A stretch of DNA of 64,000 bases from Phoronis australis. Lineage: Eukaryota; Animalia; Phoronida. The stretch covers positions 843,452-907,451 of the forward strand of contig NMRA01000003.1 of assembly GCA_002633005.1 (NCBI GenBank). Direction: 5' to 3'. The position numbers and the translations under genes were made by a program. This document shows, piece after piece, positions 34,401 to 49,400 of the stretch (positions are counted from its first letter, which is position 1; the number at the start of each line of letters is the position of its first letter). The notes beneath the pieces were generated by a model. That model was not told where the DNA came from, did no database searches, and worked only from the letters and a program-made list of their open reading frames with translations.

Positions 34401-37400
34401 GGTAGAGGAACAGCACAAGTTAGTAGCAAAAATTGTGGTTAGTGCAAAACATGTAAACCCAGTTGAAGAATGGAAAGGTGGGAAGACAGGGGATTAAAAT
34501 GCTGTTTGAATTGAAACGAAATTAGTTAAAGCTTAGTACGAGGCGATTGTGGAAAAATGTGTTTTAATGAGAATTTGTTCGCAGCCTTCATACTTGTATG
34601 AATTGAGCATTCCGTCTGCCACGATGTCGGGCCTGCTTGTGCTGATGTTTAACCAATTCTCTAAGTACAGCGCCATCTATCTCGCTGGACTTAAGAGTTT
34701 GGTACCTGCATTTTTTGGCTCGTTTGCGCTACATGCAAGAACAATTGAACAGTAATCATGCACAAACAACAGTATCATTTTCCATATAATGGTTACTAGG
34801 CTCATTAGTGTATTTTACGGAAATTAATTAACACATAATCAAAATTGCTCACAAATAAAATACCTCAATAAAAAACAAAGCTAGTTCCATACGACATGCT
34901 ATAAACATCCCCTTTAAAGGAGATAACTTGGAGAAATCCTTTGAATTTCTCCAATGTCACATGGTCAGCTGGAGTCCTACTACCCACATTCCATTCTCTA
35001 CAAGGGGCTCTGAGTCATGAATAGTGACTCTATTCAGTCACAAGGTCACATAGTGAGGGTAATTAATGTTTCTTATCAGATCATATCTAAATAGAAGGAA
35101 AGCATACAGGATCTATTTTCCATTTTCTTTTTCGGATGTGAAAACCAATAAAAACTATAAAATCAGAACAGAGGAACAAGAGCAACGCAAAGCGTTGAAA
35201 TGCGCCCACGAATGCACCGCTAACGGTGTGCTTCTAGGGGTGTTTATTAGGAACATAAAAATGGCAACTAGATGGCGCAAAATATGTTGAATCCATCCCA
35301 AAACTTGTCATCACAGCTACTTACCAAATTTCATAAAAGCCGCCATGGAACTTCTGAGAAAACAGAGGAAAACGAAAAAATGAAATTGCCACTAAGGGGC
35401 TATAAGCACAAAAAACATAACTGCCACTAAGAGGTTCCAAAGCAGATAAAGTAGTCAGAAAATCATCGTTAGACTTCCTCTTCACATTAAGAACATACAT
35501 GCCAATTTCCACAATCATCCTTAGAGTGGCTTGGTTGACAGGGAGGGCAGACGCCAAACAACAAGACTTGAAAACAGTAAAAATAACCACAAGGTGGCGC
35601 AAAATGCCTAGAATTTTACCGCAAACCGAACGATAGCATCACCTCACTAATAGATGCCTATGTGCCAAATTTTATGAAAATCCATTGACGACCTTTTAAG
35701 ATACAGAGGTAAACGTAAAAAACTAAAATTGCCACTAGGGGACACACCGGTAGCCCGATCCATCCGTAAGTCAGCATCCTCTGTTGTCAACTTCATATAT
35801 ATACACCAGCAAAATTCAATAAAGATCCTATAGAGCATCTAGGAGATACAGCCATGGGTGCAAAAACAAACAAAACTGCCACTAGGAAGTGCCACAGTAG
35901 TTGAATTCATTGGAAAATCGTCAGCCGCCCTCTTCACATGTGCAATTTTCAAAATCATCCCTAGAGGGGTTTGGTTGACAGAATGGCGGACGCCAAAAAT
36001 CAGACTCGAAAACAGTAAAAATGGCCACTAGGTGGCGCAAAGTACCTCGAATNCCTCAATAAAAAACAAAGCTAGTTCCATACGACATGCTATAAACATC
36101 CCCTTTAAAGGAGATAACTTGGAGAAATCCTTTGAATTTCTCCGATGTCATATGGTCAGCTGGAGTTCTTCTACCCACATTCCATTCTCTATATGGGGCT
36201 CCGAGTCATGAATAGTGACTCTATTCAGTCAAAAGGTCACATAGTGAGGGTAATTAATGTTTCTTATCAGATCATATCTAAATAGAAGGATTGAAAGCAT
36301 CCAGGATCTATTTTCCATTTTCTTTTTCGGATGTGAAAACCAATGAAAACAATAAAATCAGAATAGAGGAACAAGAGCAACGCAGAGCGTTGAAATGCGC
36401 CCACGAATGTACCGCTAACGATGTGCTTCTAGAGGTGTTTATTAGGACCACAAAAATGGCAACTAGATGACGCAAAATATGTTGAATCTATCCCAAAACT
36501 TGTCATCACAGCTATTTACCAGATTTCATAAAAATACGCCACGAAACTTCTGAGAAAACAGAGGAAAACGAAAAAATGAAATTGCCACTAAGGGGCTATA
36601 AGCACAAAGAATATAACTGCCACTAAGGGGTGCCAAAGTAGACAAAGTAGTCAGAAAATCATTGTTAGGCCTCCTCTTCACATTAAGAACATACATGCCA
36701 ATTTCCACAATCATCCTTAGAGTGGTTTGGTTGACAGGGAGGGCAGACGCCAAACAACAAGACTTGAATACAGTAAAAATGGCCACAAGGTGGCGCAAAA
36801 TGCCTAGAATTTTACCGCAAACCGAACGATAGCATCACTAACAGATGCCTAAGTGCCAAATTTTACGAAAATCCATTGACGACCTTTTAAGATACAGAGG
36901 TAAACGTAAAAAACTAAAATTGCCACACTGGTAGCCCGATCCATCCGTAAGTCGGCATCCTCTGTTGTCAACTTCATATATATACACCAGCAAAATTCAA
37001 TAAAGATCCTAAAGAGCATCTAGGAGATACAGCCATGGGCGCAAAAACAAACAAAGCAGCCACTAGGAAATGCCAAAGTAGTCGAAGTCATCGAAAAATC
37101 ATCGTCAGCCGCCCTCTTCACAGTAAGAACATAATATGTGCCAATTTTCAAAATCATCCCTAGAGGGGTTTGGTTGACAGAATGGCGGACGCCAAAAATC
37201 AGACTCAAAAACAGTAAAAATGGCCACTAGGTGGTGCAAAGTACCTCGAATCTGTCCGTAAACGGGAGGATGGCATCATCTCACTAAAAGATGCCTAACT
37301 GTTAAATTTTATGAAAATCCGTTAAGGACCTACGAAGATACAGAGTTAATCGTAAAAAACTAAAATTGCCACTAGGAGGCACACCGATAGTTGGAGAGGT

Positions 37401-40400
37401 CCGAAGTTCAACGTCGTCCGTCGTCAGCTTCATAGGAACACATCTGCCAAATCTCATCAAGTTCCTCTCAGGGGTTTAGGAGATACAGCTGCAGACGCCC
37501 GGATACAGCTGCGGACGCCTAGACGCCCAGACAGAGATGACGGCAATATGCGACCACATATTAATATGTAAGCGCATAATAAAAAGTAGACTTTGTGTTT
37601 TCTTGAGTTTTCAAAAGAAAAACGACAGACTTCATCGCAATTTATTCATGTTTAAAAGCTTATAAACCGCTATGGTACTTCACTTCACTTTGAGTGAAGC
37701 ATATGGTGAAATCTTAGACAAAAATAATTGCCAAAATTGCTCTTCTTCCATTTTTCAAGGGCTTCTACCATTGTTGTGAATGCCCACAAGTTTTCAAAAT
37801 ACGGTCTTTTGGTTGCAATGGTTACAGAACCTGAATACCGCAATTGCGTAATTCTGGTATTGCATATCATTTATGAAAAATGAGAAAATAAATTCACCCT
37901 TCTGCCATTTTGTGTCCTAAGACTTTACTGTACCTATAGGTTGAGAATTAGCCAATCATAGACTGGACAAGACATTAATGGACTTTCTTGAAGGGTACGA
38001 ACTTGGAAGATTTGAGACATTTTTTGAATGAAATGAATGGGAGAATTGACGGAGACAACTGCCCAGTTGTTAGTGACTATCCACAGAGCCTCCACATTTG
38101 ACTGGATCACAAAATAGTTCAATTTATTCCAAAATAAGTTTTGTGTGAGAAATCGGTTGCAACAGCTTATCTTTATATAATATGTACATATCATTGTTTG
38201 GAAACTGAGGAATATTTTATCAACTGAGCGTGATGGAAATACCTAAAATGTCAACTTCTGTTTTGAAAGCTACCCATGAAATTAATGTCAAATCATACAA
38301 TGATTATCTTCCCACAAAAACGCATTCCGTTTCTAAAATTTTTAACCAACTCCCTTGAAACTTACCTTTTTTCTAACAAAGCTTTGCCGTCCGTTATGGC
38401 GAGGACGAGTCATGTTGGAAATGGTTACAAACTTAATGGTGCCTTTCTGACCTTTTGTGCCCTGCATGCAAAATAGGGAAGCAATCATGGAAAAAAGCAG
38501 ATATCACATGCAGAACTAACAACTATTTGAGGTGCAGTGTGCAGGAATACCTTAAAGCCAGGTACACCAGGGAGTCCTGGGGGTCCAGGGGGGCCCACCG
38601 GACCTGGGCGGACCCCACCAAATATGGAGTTACTGCTTTCACCCTTCTCGCCCTGAATAAAACAAAATGTGGTTTGATTAATGTTGAGCTCAATTATTGG
38701 ATGGCACTGTCTTTCGACTTGATGTTCAGTTCTTCAATGAAAAAATTTCCAGAGTCTTTACGAATTTAGAAATGAAGCCCACCTTAAATCAAGACAAAGA
38801 AATAATTAAAGCTGATGTACATAATTGCTCAGAAAATCTGAAATCTGACTTAATCAGTGAATAAGCGTCTGATGATCTTGCTGGTGATGACTGGTTGTGC
38901 CTGTATGTCATGCATTGGTAACCACTCACTTTAACACCTGCCAATCCAGGTGATCCAGGTGACCCATCAGCTCCTGGCAGACCATCCATTCCATCCATTC
39001 CATCCATTCCTGGCTCACCGCGCTCACCATTAAGACCCTGCGGTCCTCTTGGACCAGGAGGTCCAATACCACCAGGATATCCACTCTTGCCGATGTCGCC
39101 CTTTTCTCCTGGCATGCCTTTCTGTCCAGGAGATCCCTTTGTGCCAGGTAATCCATCCATGCTGGGTTCACCTTTGGGTCCCTCCAACCCATCCTTTCCA
39201 GGTAAGCCTCGAGCACCAGGTAACCCATCCCTGCCCGGTTCACCATTCATCCCATCCAAACCGTCCTCACCAGGTAATCCATCTTGCCCAGGTATGCCAT
39301 CAAAGCCAGGATCACCTCGATCCCCCTTCTCCCCTGAGTCACCTCTATCTCCTTTTTCCCCACGGCCAGCTATAGCACCTGGCTGACCAGGTATGCCTGA
39401 TTCACCTTTATCACCTTTCATGCCAACAATTGCTGGTCCTATGGGACCCTGCAAGTCAACATGTAACACGGGATGATTAGATACTAGATTCAATCAGACT
39501 GTAAATGCTACAAGCAAAAATACAATAATAACAAAAAATAATGATCAACCCTCAGCTGTCTCAGTACACACATCAATAGAAAAATACAAAACCATTAACA
39601 AAATATTAGCTCACTGATTGGAGGTGTAACACGTTAATCATTCAAAACAGCACATTGTCAATTAAGATCGTTAAACTAATAATACAAATAATGTCCAAAA
39701 CAAAATTCGCTAAAATCCAGTTAGCAGTAGCCTCATGCACTAACCTGTTCACCTTTGCGGCCTGGTATACCATTAATACCAGGTAAGCCTCGAGTTCCAG
39801 AATTACCTGGCTCTCCTTTTTCACCCTTAAATGAAAGAACACAACATGAAACAGATGTGTTGAAATAATAAACGTTGATCATATTTGAAAAATATAACAA
39901 AATAACATCTCACCATTTAATTAAATAAAATAGAAATTAGAATTCCATATTATTTAATTCCACCATCCCCATCATATTTTTGTGGTTTTCAATGGAAGAT
40001 GGAAACCAAACTATGCAATTAAGAATGTATTCATTTCATACCAAAATTGACGAGGTTTTCTTTGTTAAACCAGCTTTTAGCAAGTTGCACTAAACACAGT
40101 TTAACAAAGGATTTGTTTTATTACCCCCTCTAAACTATGACTACCGGAGCCCTGGATGCAGATTTTTTCCAGGTAATTTTTTAAGGATCTTTTTGCATTG
40201 GGACACAAATTTGTTGGTATTCTGAGGATTAATCCTGGAGAATTTTTATTCATGAGGAGTCCGATAGAGATTGCAAGCCAGATTGCAGTTGATTAATGAC
40301 AGCATTGCAGCCTAGACTCTGGTACTTATTTATTCTATATCAGTCTCAAAGATGTCATTTCAAGGCCTGCACTATAGAGGCTACAAAACTTTTTAGATTA

Positions 40401-43400
40401 TCAATCGCATGAGATTAGTGAAAATAATTCCTGTACAACTTGAAATACTCTTTTCCATATACCGTATATGACTGCAATAACATTTTAAAATTTTAAGAGA
40501 AAGGTCAAATCTGGAGCCCATTTAAAAAGAATTTAGTGACAGTTACCAAAATGCCAATTAAAGAGAGTATATGACTGGTACGTGTTTAACTACAAGACCA
40601 TAGCTTGCTAGCCCACTAAAAGTGGAAAAGAACGAAATTCAGAAATGACATGAACATAAACTACAAAAAGGCCCAGAAATGAATAGTAGGAAGATGCTTG
40701 AAGTTTGCACAAATAGCTGTGAACTCAAAACAGCTGACTACAATGATCATAAATTACATGCAAACAAAACAATTACATAGCAAGTGATCTAAAAGAGCAT
40801 GTCTCCATGCACAACATGAGCAGCGCAGAGCATTGATATGCACCCAGTGTATTGCAAATTGTAACGAAAATAAGGGTCTTTGCTCATTTCATAGAACATT
40901 TAAAGAGATTTACAAGTACTTGACGCAGTCCAACGATCAACGTCAGCTAGGTTTGCGTCAAATATTCTTCAGACTGCGCTATGGTTCCTCAAATTGTGGT
41001 GAATGCCAAAAAAACACTAAAACTAACACAAGGGGAGCAGGCAGAAATGGACAGACACTGTTTTCTCCTTCAGAAACATTTCTCTCAAAATTCATAAAGG
41101 TTAGGGAGCATATTCCATACCAAAGTTAATGTTAGCTGAGCTGTCGTTAACAGGAACACAAACCGACTGCTATGATGATCCTTTGAAGAACTTGATTAAA
41201 TATTGACCAGGCAGACACAATCACAGATGTCGGACAGAAAGGTGATTATAATTAGCCCCTACATATGTACACATAACGGGGTACATAAAAAGTAATTGCG
41301 ATGCCTTGCACTGCTTTGAAGACTAGATATAAACAAAGAAAAACAGAAAGACTAAATCATAATTAGGTGAAATCATACTTTTTACAACAGCCAGTTCATA
41401 ATACTTTTAATAAAGAGCATTGCCAAAAACATAGACTGACTACTTCTGCTCCATGCGCTAGCCAAACTTATACCTTTGTAAAAATTACTTCTGCAAAACC
41501 AAACGATCCATCACTCAACCTAACAGAACGCTTATTTCCCTGCAATACACGAAATAAATTTAAGAGTGATTCAAAGCTTTACCCATACAGCTGCATTTCA
41601 AAAATTGCATGAAACTCATTAGTTAATGTAATTAGATGCCTCACCTTTGATCCAGATATTGCACGTCCATCAAATCCAGGTAAACCACGCATTCCAGGTT
41701 CACCTTTCATACCCTGTAACAAAAAAGCACATGAGATAATATGCGCAATCGCTTAATAGCCAAAAGACAAATTAAAGCAGATTTTCAACATGAATACAAC
41801 AACCTGTTTCACATCTTGTCAATTATTGGGAACCTGAATCTTCCTTTACTCACCTTTTCACCTGGTATCCCTGTATATCCCTAGAAAGAGAATTTCACCT
41901 TTCAAATTTCAAGACCAGCTATCAGTTTGAGTAATAAAGCACGAAGACATTCAACTTCTCTCATTCATCAAAGCCCTGTGCAGGACCATGTTGGAAGTTA
42001 AATTCAGACAGAACATGCTTTGCAGTGAAGTATTCTGTTTAGCTCCGCTTTGTCTAGAACACTAGCTCACTTCAGTTGCCTTACATAAAGTCTCAAACAG
42101 AGCTTCAGCCAAACACAAGCTGATGCCACTGTACAAACTCTTGGGCTAAATGAGAACTGCGGTCCATAGATGCAAGAAACACACGAGACAAGAAATCTTT
42201 GCTTATGGAAAAGAAACGGGGAATTCTGTTCCATAATTTTACATCCAAGCCTCACTGACCAATCACTAAAATGACTGCCATTTTAGTTGGGTACCCTCAG
42301 TATCCAGCTCCCAAGCACCCATGCGAAACCATTTCGCATGATTTTGCATGGTCATCTGTGATTTTGATTTTTCATGACATTCTTATGTCTATTGTACACA
42401 CCCCAGGCAACGCCCTGTTTTTCTTCAATGAGACAATTTTATTCTGAAGTCAATGCCTCAGCAGGCCATTCAAGCAATCGGGTAAACAATAAGGTGCTTT
42501 CTGTTTGGGGCTTAAACTTTGAAATAATTAGCTCACCCTTTCCCCTTTCATTCCATCCAATCCAATAGGACCCTGAAATATATAATCAAAAGTATTAAAT
42601 GAAACTATATGATTTAATAACGGAAAGAATAAAAAATACAATGTGTCACCAATGGCACAAACAAAATGTAAATCAATTCACTTTCCTCAGAATCTTTTGT
42701 TGTCAATTTTGAGAAATACCTACTATGTTATCAAAACATTGTGAATCAATGACAGATTTACAAGTGTCAACAAGGACAAGGCGTGAGAGCACCAATTACT
42801 ATAAGTTGTCAGATTCTTTAATAAACCCATTTGACATAATATCTAGTCCAGGCCAGATGTGCCAAATGTTGCTTCCTGTCAACCAGGAACCATCAACAAG
42901 TAATGTATTGTATCCAGGGAGTATGAATACTGCCCAGAAACATTATTCCATTCACATCAGTGTTTATTTATAACTGACCTCTGTGATAACAGAGCTGGTG
43001 AAACACTAGTTTAACACAGATGGTAACCTAACAAACTTTTTATTTTCCACATCAAACTCACAAACAACCTTTTGTCATAATTCTTGTTGACATTATTTAC
43101 AAATGCCATGGTGCTAGAAATGTGGTCCAATTAACAGAAGCTTGAGATAAATAGAGCTTAATAGAACTGCAGTGTCTAACAGAGGCCAGCAGGTGGACAT
43201 AACAAAAACAGCCCTGGCTTCATTAGATTTTTTACAGTAATTTAGAGATCAAAGAATATTACATACTGAAGCCAACCAAGAGTATAGACACAAGGTTACA
43301 TGACATAAAGTATTTATGGTGATGGTGACCATGTATATAGACACAGGGTTGGCATGGTCAGCATGGTTGGTGACGGTGACCACGTAGACAAAAAACAAAA

Positions 43401-46400
43401 CCTAAAGACAAATTTGTTTGATCTCAAAATCATTGATTGGCCAGCTGCAGCCCTGATGTCAGCCCCAGCATGCATCTTCCGCTACCGCCTTCATTACTCA
43501 ACACCTGGATAACACTAATTAACATTCATGGCTACTGCCTAGAGGGAAGCCAGACAAGACAGAGAAATGTGTGACCTTGACCCAAGGCAGGGGCAAACAA
43601 AGTGATTTCAATATCTGCAATCATTCAAGGTAATTAAATGCATTAAAGACAGATCATGCTGAACTGAAAGTTGTTTACATGCCAGAGTCTGGAAATATAC
43701 CTCTGAAGCTGATGTAAGACATATTGGTTATGAGAGCAAGAAAGACATGTCATAAACGTACTGCTTGTACCATCTATGTAGAAACTTCTCATAAGTTAAT
43801 TAAGAAAATTGAATACAACTCACAATTGACCTTATGTTTTACGGTCCACACACACGCACGCACACACGATGTTGGTAATAACACACGTGATGTACAAAAT
43901 TTCACAGATACTTAGCCAATAAGCGATATTGATTACCATTCAAAAGCTTCAATTTTTTTTCTATCCACTTTTTGATCATGTTTAACTTGTAAACAAAAAT
44001 AAGTATATCAAAAGTAAACAAATAACTACATTTTTCACATGATTGCATATAAAACACACAAGGCTTAGATTTAATTAATTGATTCTAAGCTCATATTTGA
44101 CTTTTTAATAAAAACAAGGGTACCCATTCCACTTGGAATTAATTGATTTTGTATTAAAACCTAAGTAATTGCATCTTACTTCAGCATAAAAATAGGGTAA
44201 AACGGTCTGGTGCAGTGCTGATCAGGTCTCCTGAACCTAACTTAAATAATGCTAAATAGTCTACATAATATGAATGATTAAAATTTAATAAAAATGACAT
44301 CCTACCATGTACTTTTGTCAATGACACTAAAAATTTACAAGATCAAAATGAGTTGGAGGTCTACACTGAACTTTGTGTTCACCACACTACCGACCATTTT
44401 AAAACTCCATTTTGCCAAGTAAGTTAATATTCGGATGTTTAGTGGTGACCTGACAGCCATTATTATGACAGAATTTGAACCCACAAATAGGAATAAAAAT
44501 GCAGTCACAACACATTGTCAAATATTTCGCAGGTTTTGGAAATTTTTTCCATTCAAGTAACTGCGGAGGTATTTTAGCACTAGAAACTTTTGGAAAAAAT
44601 TATGTGTTTGGATTAATCGGTGAGCGCTGACAACGATAAGCACTTACTGTAGGCAGCCGAGAGTTCAAAAGGATCACAAATAACTAGGTCCATAACTTTC
44701 AGTGGTTAGAAATTCAAAGTGCTGCATAAAAATCTTAGTCTTAGTAATTGTTTTTAATTTTGGAGTCTTGGCTTTGTTTGACTAGGTCAAAAACATCAGA
44801 ATGACGTCATACTAAACAAGACTATACACCTTATTCACATAGTCGCCATTTTAGTAGTAAGCCTCTTTTTAAGGTTTTTGAAAATGCATTCTATGCTTAA
44901 TCACAGTGTAAAGCGTGATTTTTTCACGTCTTGTTATATTCATGTCTCGAATGCAATGTTTTTTTAAACTTAAAAAGAGGCTCACTACTAAAATGGCGAC
45001 TGCGTGAATAAGGTTTCTAGACAACTTAACTTGAGGCATCATGTTCAACAACACAGAACAGACAGAATGACTAGTTTTTGGTAGACACTGGTGCTGACCT
45101 AGTACAGGTAAAGCAGGCTACAGCACACACAACAATTATCTGGTGAGTGAGAAAGTGCAACACATATCCTATTGAAATAACATCATGTTGGCGTGAAGGC
45201 AACCTTCTTTTAACACAGACATACATTATACACCAACCCATCATTCAAATATACCACTTCTCAATCCAGCACATAATTTTGATGAAAGCTTAGTCAAGAC
45301 TTGCAGATAATTTGTGTACAATTATACATCCAAGTCCATAAAGTTATGGAAAGCCATAAAAGGAAAAATTCCAAAACACTTATTGTACTATGCAGAAATG
45401 ACAATATTGCCCAAACAATAATTCCCAATTCTCCTTAAAACAAATTCACTGGGATTTCCTTTATCACTCGAGAAATTACTCCATGTACAAAAAAGTAACA
45501 AATACCACTTATACCAAGAAACTGAGTTGTAGAAAAAATAACATATTACAAAAAAAAACATATTACAAAAAAAAAATAAAATAAAAACATCAGAAAAAAA
45601 TGATGCACAAATAAATTTCATATGCCAGGAAAATGAGACCACCCAGCTACTACCCAACAACAATACCCCAATATGGAAATGATTTTAGAACAATTTTTAT
45701 AAAAGACAAGAGACAATTTGTAATTTCAATGCTTTAATGTTCTTCAAGTCTATTAATTGGAGATGCCAGAAGTTGTTAAGACTCTTACTATTCGTTTATT
45801 AAATCACACTAGTGTATAGGCACTCGTAGTAATTTTAATATTGTGTTGGTGATTTGATGGTCTGTGCCTTGACTCATCTTGAGATCTACAGTCACTGACT
45901 AAAACAAAAATGCCCATCCGAATCAAATATGCTTTTTCAGCCTTATCCAATAGATGGAGTGCACTTTTCAAAAATGAAGTTCTCCAATTATATGCAAATT
46001 TCCTAAGAAGTTTTGAATAAAATACAGAAATTAGAATATTGTTCTGTAATACATCTCAATACTCTGAATATTGTTCTGTAATACATCTCAATACTCTGAA
46101 TATTGTTCTGTAATACACCTCAATACCCTGAATATTGTTCTGTTATATCTCAATACCCTGAATATTGTTCTGTATTAAATCTCAATACCCTGAATATTGT
46201 TCTGTAATCCATCTCAAAACCCTGAATATTGTTCTGCAATACATCTCAACATCCTGGTAATTCAGAAATTGAAAGTATCAATGTTAAAAGGAAAACTTAA
46301 AAAGTATTCAGATAAGAGAAGTGTTTGTTATAAAGTCACAAAGGAATAGCAATACCCAGTTTGATAAATAACAGACAACAGTCAGTCTCCTAATTAGTGG

Positions 46401-49400
46401 ACAATAAACACTGGTCAGTAATGAGCATGAATTTGTGTATAACAATTATATCACTGCAGAGCAATCTGGGCATTAAGCCTTAACAATGGAGTTGTCACAG
46501 GCTTTAAAAAACACTCAAAAGTATCCATGGTATAACGAGTAGGCAAAAGAATCATAAGTTAGTGAAGTGAAGTGACAAAACAGTGGCGTGCTCAGCTACA
46601 CCTCAGCACTACAGTTAAAATGCACACAATTTACAAGTCACCAACCGGAAAGCCGGGATAGCCTTGAGATCCTTTCTTTCCCTGTAAAACAAACCACAAT
46701 TTGATCGAACCACAGCTCAATAATAAATATGTGTTTTCATATACACCTTCAAATCCTCATCCACAGTATACAAGGAATTTGTATAACCAGTAGGTCAAAC
46801 AGCTAAGTGAACTGAACTTTTCAATCAAAGCATACCAGCCCAGACACAGTGAATTGAACTGTTCAATCAAAGCATGCCACCCCAGACATGTTGAATTGAA
46901 CTGTTCAATCAAAGCATCCCTGTGTCCAGACTCACTTCTTTCCAATGAAATGTCACAGCAGTGCATCTTTCCTTTAACTTTAGTCATGTCAACGCCACCA
47001 TTTTAGAAGACCAATACGGTCACAGAAATTTCGATCTCAAAACTTTCACACTGTAAATACAATTACTAACAATTCACACACTTGTGGCTTTGACAAAATG
47101 AGTAGCTATCCACTTGACTATTGATGTCTTCGTAATATTTCAACATGCACAACAACTGACGTGCAACCATATGCAGATCTTCACTCTATGATCACTCAAC
47201 TGTATGTACCAAACACAACGTATTATGCATAGCACCACCAGATGGGGTTAGAGGCTAGCTCAACACAAGCCATAACATCAAATTCCTCCCCAAATCTCAA
47301 CTGCCAGGGGACATCATAACGTCAGGACTACACCTCAAACACAAAATCTCACACAAACACCAAACGTTGAACATATGCATACCGTACAGTAGTCAAGACC
47401 TACATTCAGTTAAATTATAATAGAGCACATTATTCAGTTCCATGTAGGACCAAATAAAACTATGAATTCAAGCTCAGTCAAAGCATTTATTTTCCAAAAG
47501 TAGAAAGCCTGCAGAATTTCACATTTAATTTTAATAATCTGCCATAAATTAGGTCCCGTGACCATTTCTTTATAGTAAAATTCAGCAAAAATGTGCCTAG
47601 CTGATAGGAAAACATGAAGGGTGTCAATTACATAACCAAATTTTGTTTGATATAAATCTTCAATATGAAATCTTAAAAATGCTGTTAGTTTTCTAAACAT
47701 AACACTATTCGATAGAATGAGAATGTTTTTTCATGAAAATCTTTAAACCTCCCCATTTTTTTGACAGTTCCTAATGCAAAAAGGATATTTAAAAACATTT
47801 TTTAAAAGCATTTTGGGGAACAGTGTATACACCATAGTATCGGAAAGTTTCATATGAATCCGATCAGCCATTACTGAGATATGACATTCTGAAATTAGCC
47901 AAATTTGGACATTTTTGTTGGGTCCTAGATAACCTTAAAAGGGCTTGACCTTTGAACTTCACATTACAATAGGCCTTACGATGTACGATGTACGTTTATA
48001 TGTTTTATATTATCAACTATATCAAAAGTACATCTGGTCAGTATGCTATGTTACGTATTACTTCATTTAGTTCAACCATTTCCATAAAACCATTTCTTTT
48101 TTTAATTTGTTTGAACACAGAATTGTATCTTTAATCGTTATTTTGTTGGTTTCATGAACAGCCATTTTTTACTCAATCATCCAATCTGTTAGGCAGTTAT
48201 CTTAAGAATAATCAACAGTCAATCTCAAACCACAGCTACCTCAACCTTCCCTTGTCAAACTGGGCTTCAGTTCTTACAACAATTCTTCCCTCATGTTGTG
48301 AAAAGCATTTCCTGTTAACCAATTGCCAAGTCTCTCTGAACTGTTATTTCATGCTAAATGTGCACAGTTAAAACAAAATTCTTCATTCCATAAGCAAAAG
48401 AGCGCTCAACTGCAAACTTCATGGCAATTGCCAATTAGTCCAGCTGAAGGTTCATCTGAATGTCCTGCAATTAATCCAAAGGTGCATTCGAACGAAGGTC
48501 CATTGGTACCAAGGCAAAAAAATATTGGAAATAAAGCAGCCACGAACAGGTGTTCCATCAGAGAAACAAACTTCTGATTTAATACAACACTTAGTGCCAT
48601 AGAATTGGTCCAAATTGTTCCTTACTTGTTGAGAAGTGATTTATGAGTTTGCAAAGAACTGAACAGCCTTATAATCCTTGAGACCATGCTGTGTGGATAA
48701 AATGACATGCAACTTGTAGAGCATAGCCTAAAGCAATAACGAACTGTGAGTTCTTCTGAAGCCCTAAAATCGCCTCCAGTTTGACTCAGGAACAACAAGA
48801 CACCAATTTCATACAGGTAAGTGGTCTAAATCAAAAGTTGACTTTTGAATGGAAAGTCATGGCTTATATAAATTCCACAACTAGTGTAGGAAAGGAATAT
48901 TTTTTTGCAATAAAATTTGCATCATTCTCATTTGAGTTGAAACTTTACTTGAACAAAAATCACTGAATGCAAAATAATATCAAGTAAAAAAGATGTTAAC
49001 TGTCCTTTATACTAATGGACTTTTGAACCCAATCATCTTCAGTTTGGACTATCGACTTTCATGGCTACGAACATTCTACATAACAATGTCCCATGTTGGA
49101 TGCCAAAAACTCCAAGCTGTTGGCAAGTTCGCAAAACAACACACCTAAATATGAGTTCTCTTCCACAAAAGCCTCTGGCAGCAATTTTGCTGTACCACTG
49201 AATACAAAGTCAGTTGACATTAAATCACCATGCTTGATATAGAGCAGGTAGGTTAGAGCAACCAGTAATGCCATTCAACAGACCACACACCGACTATACG
49301 GACACATCACTCCTGTGGTCACAGGCACCAAGAGGCCCCTTTGTGGCCAACACAGACAAGCAAAACTTACAGGAAGACCAGGAGGGCCACGCAAGTCTGT

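Noticed and set aside
35321-36798. Twin ~90-aa minus-strand ORFs with signal-peptide-like starts (MRHLV...CCLASA)
   Set aside because: They lie within a duplicated non-autonomous repeat, are closed at different points, and have no domain support.
39049-39386. Plus-strand Pro-rich ORFs (39049, 39087) and alternative-frame ORF 38926
   Set aside because: Antisense or off-frame shadows of the Gly-X-Y collagen exon.
46034-46255. 32-bp repeats of CRISPR-like length
   Set aside because: The units are directly adjacent with no unique spacers, the context is a eukaryotic intron, and there are no cas genes. It is a minisatellite.
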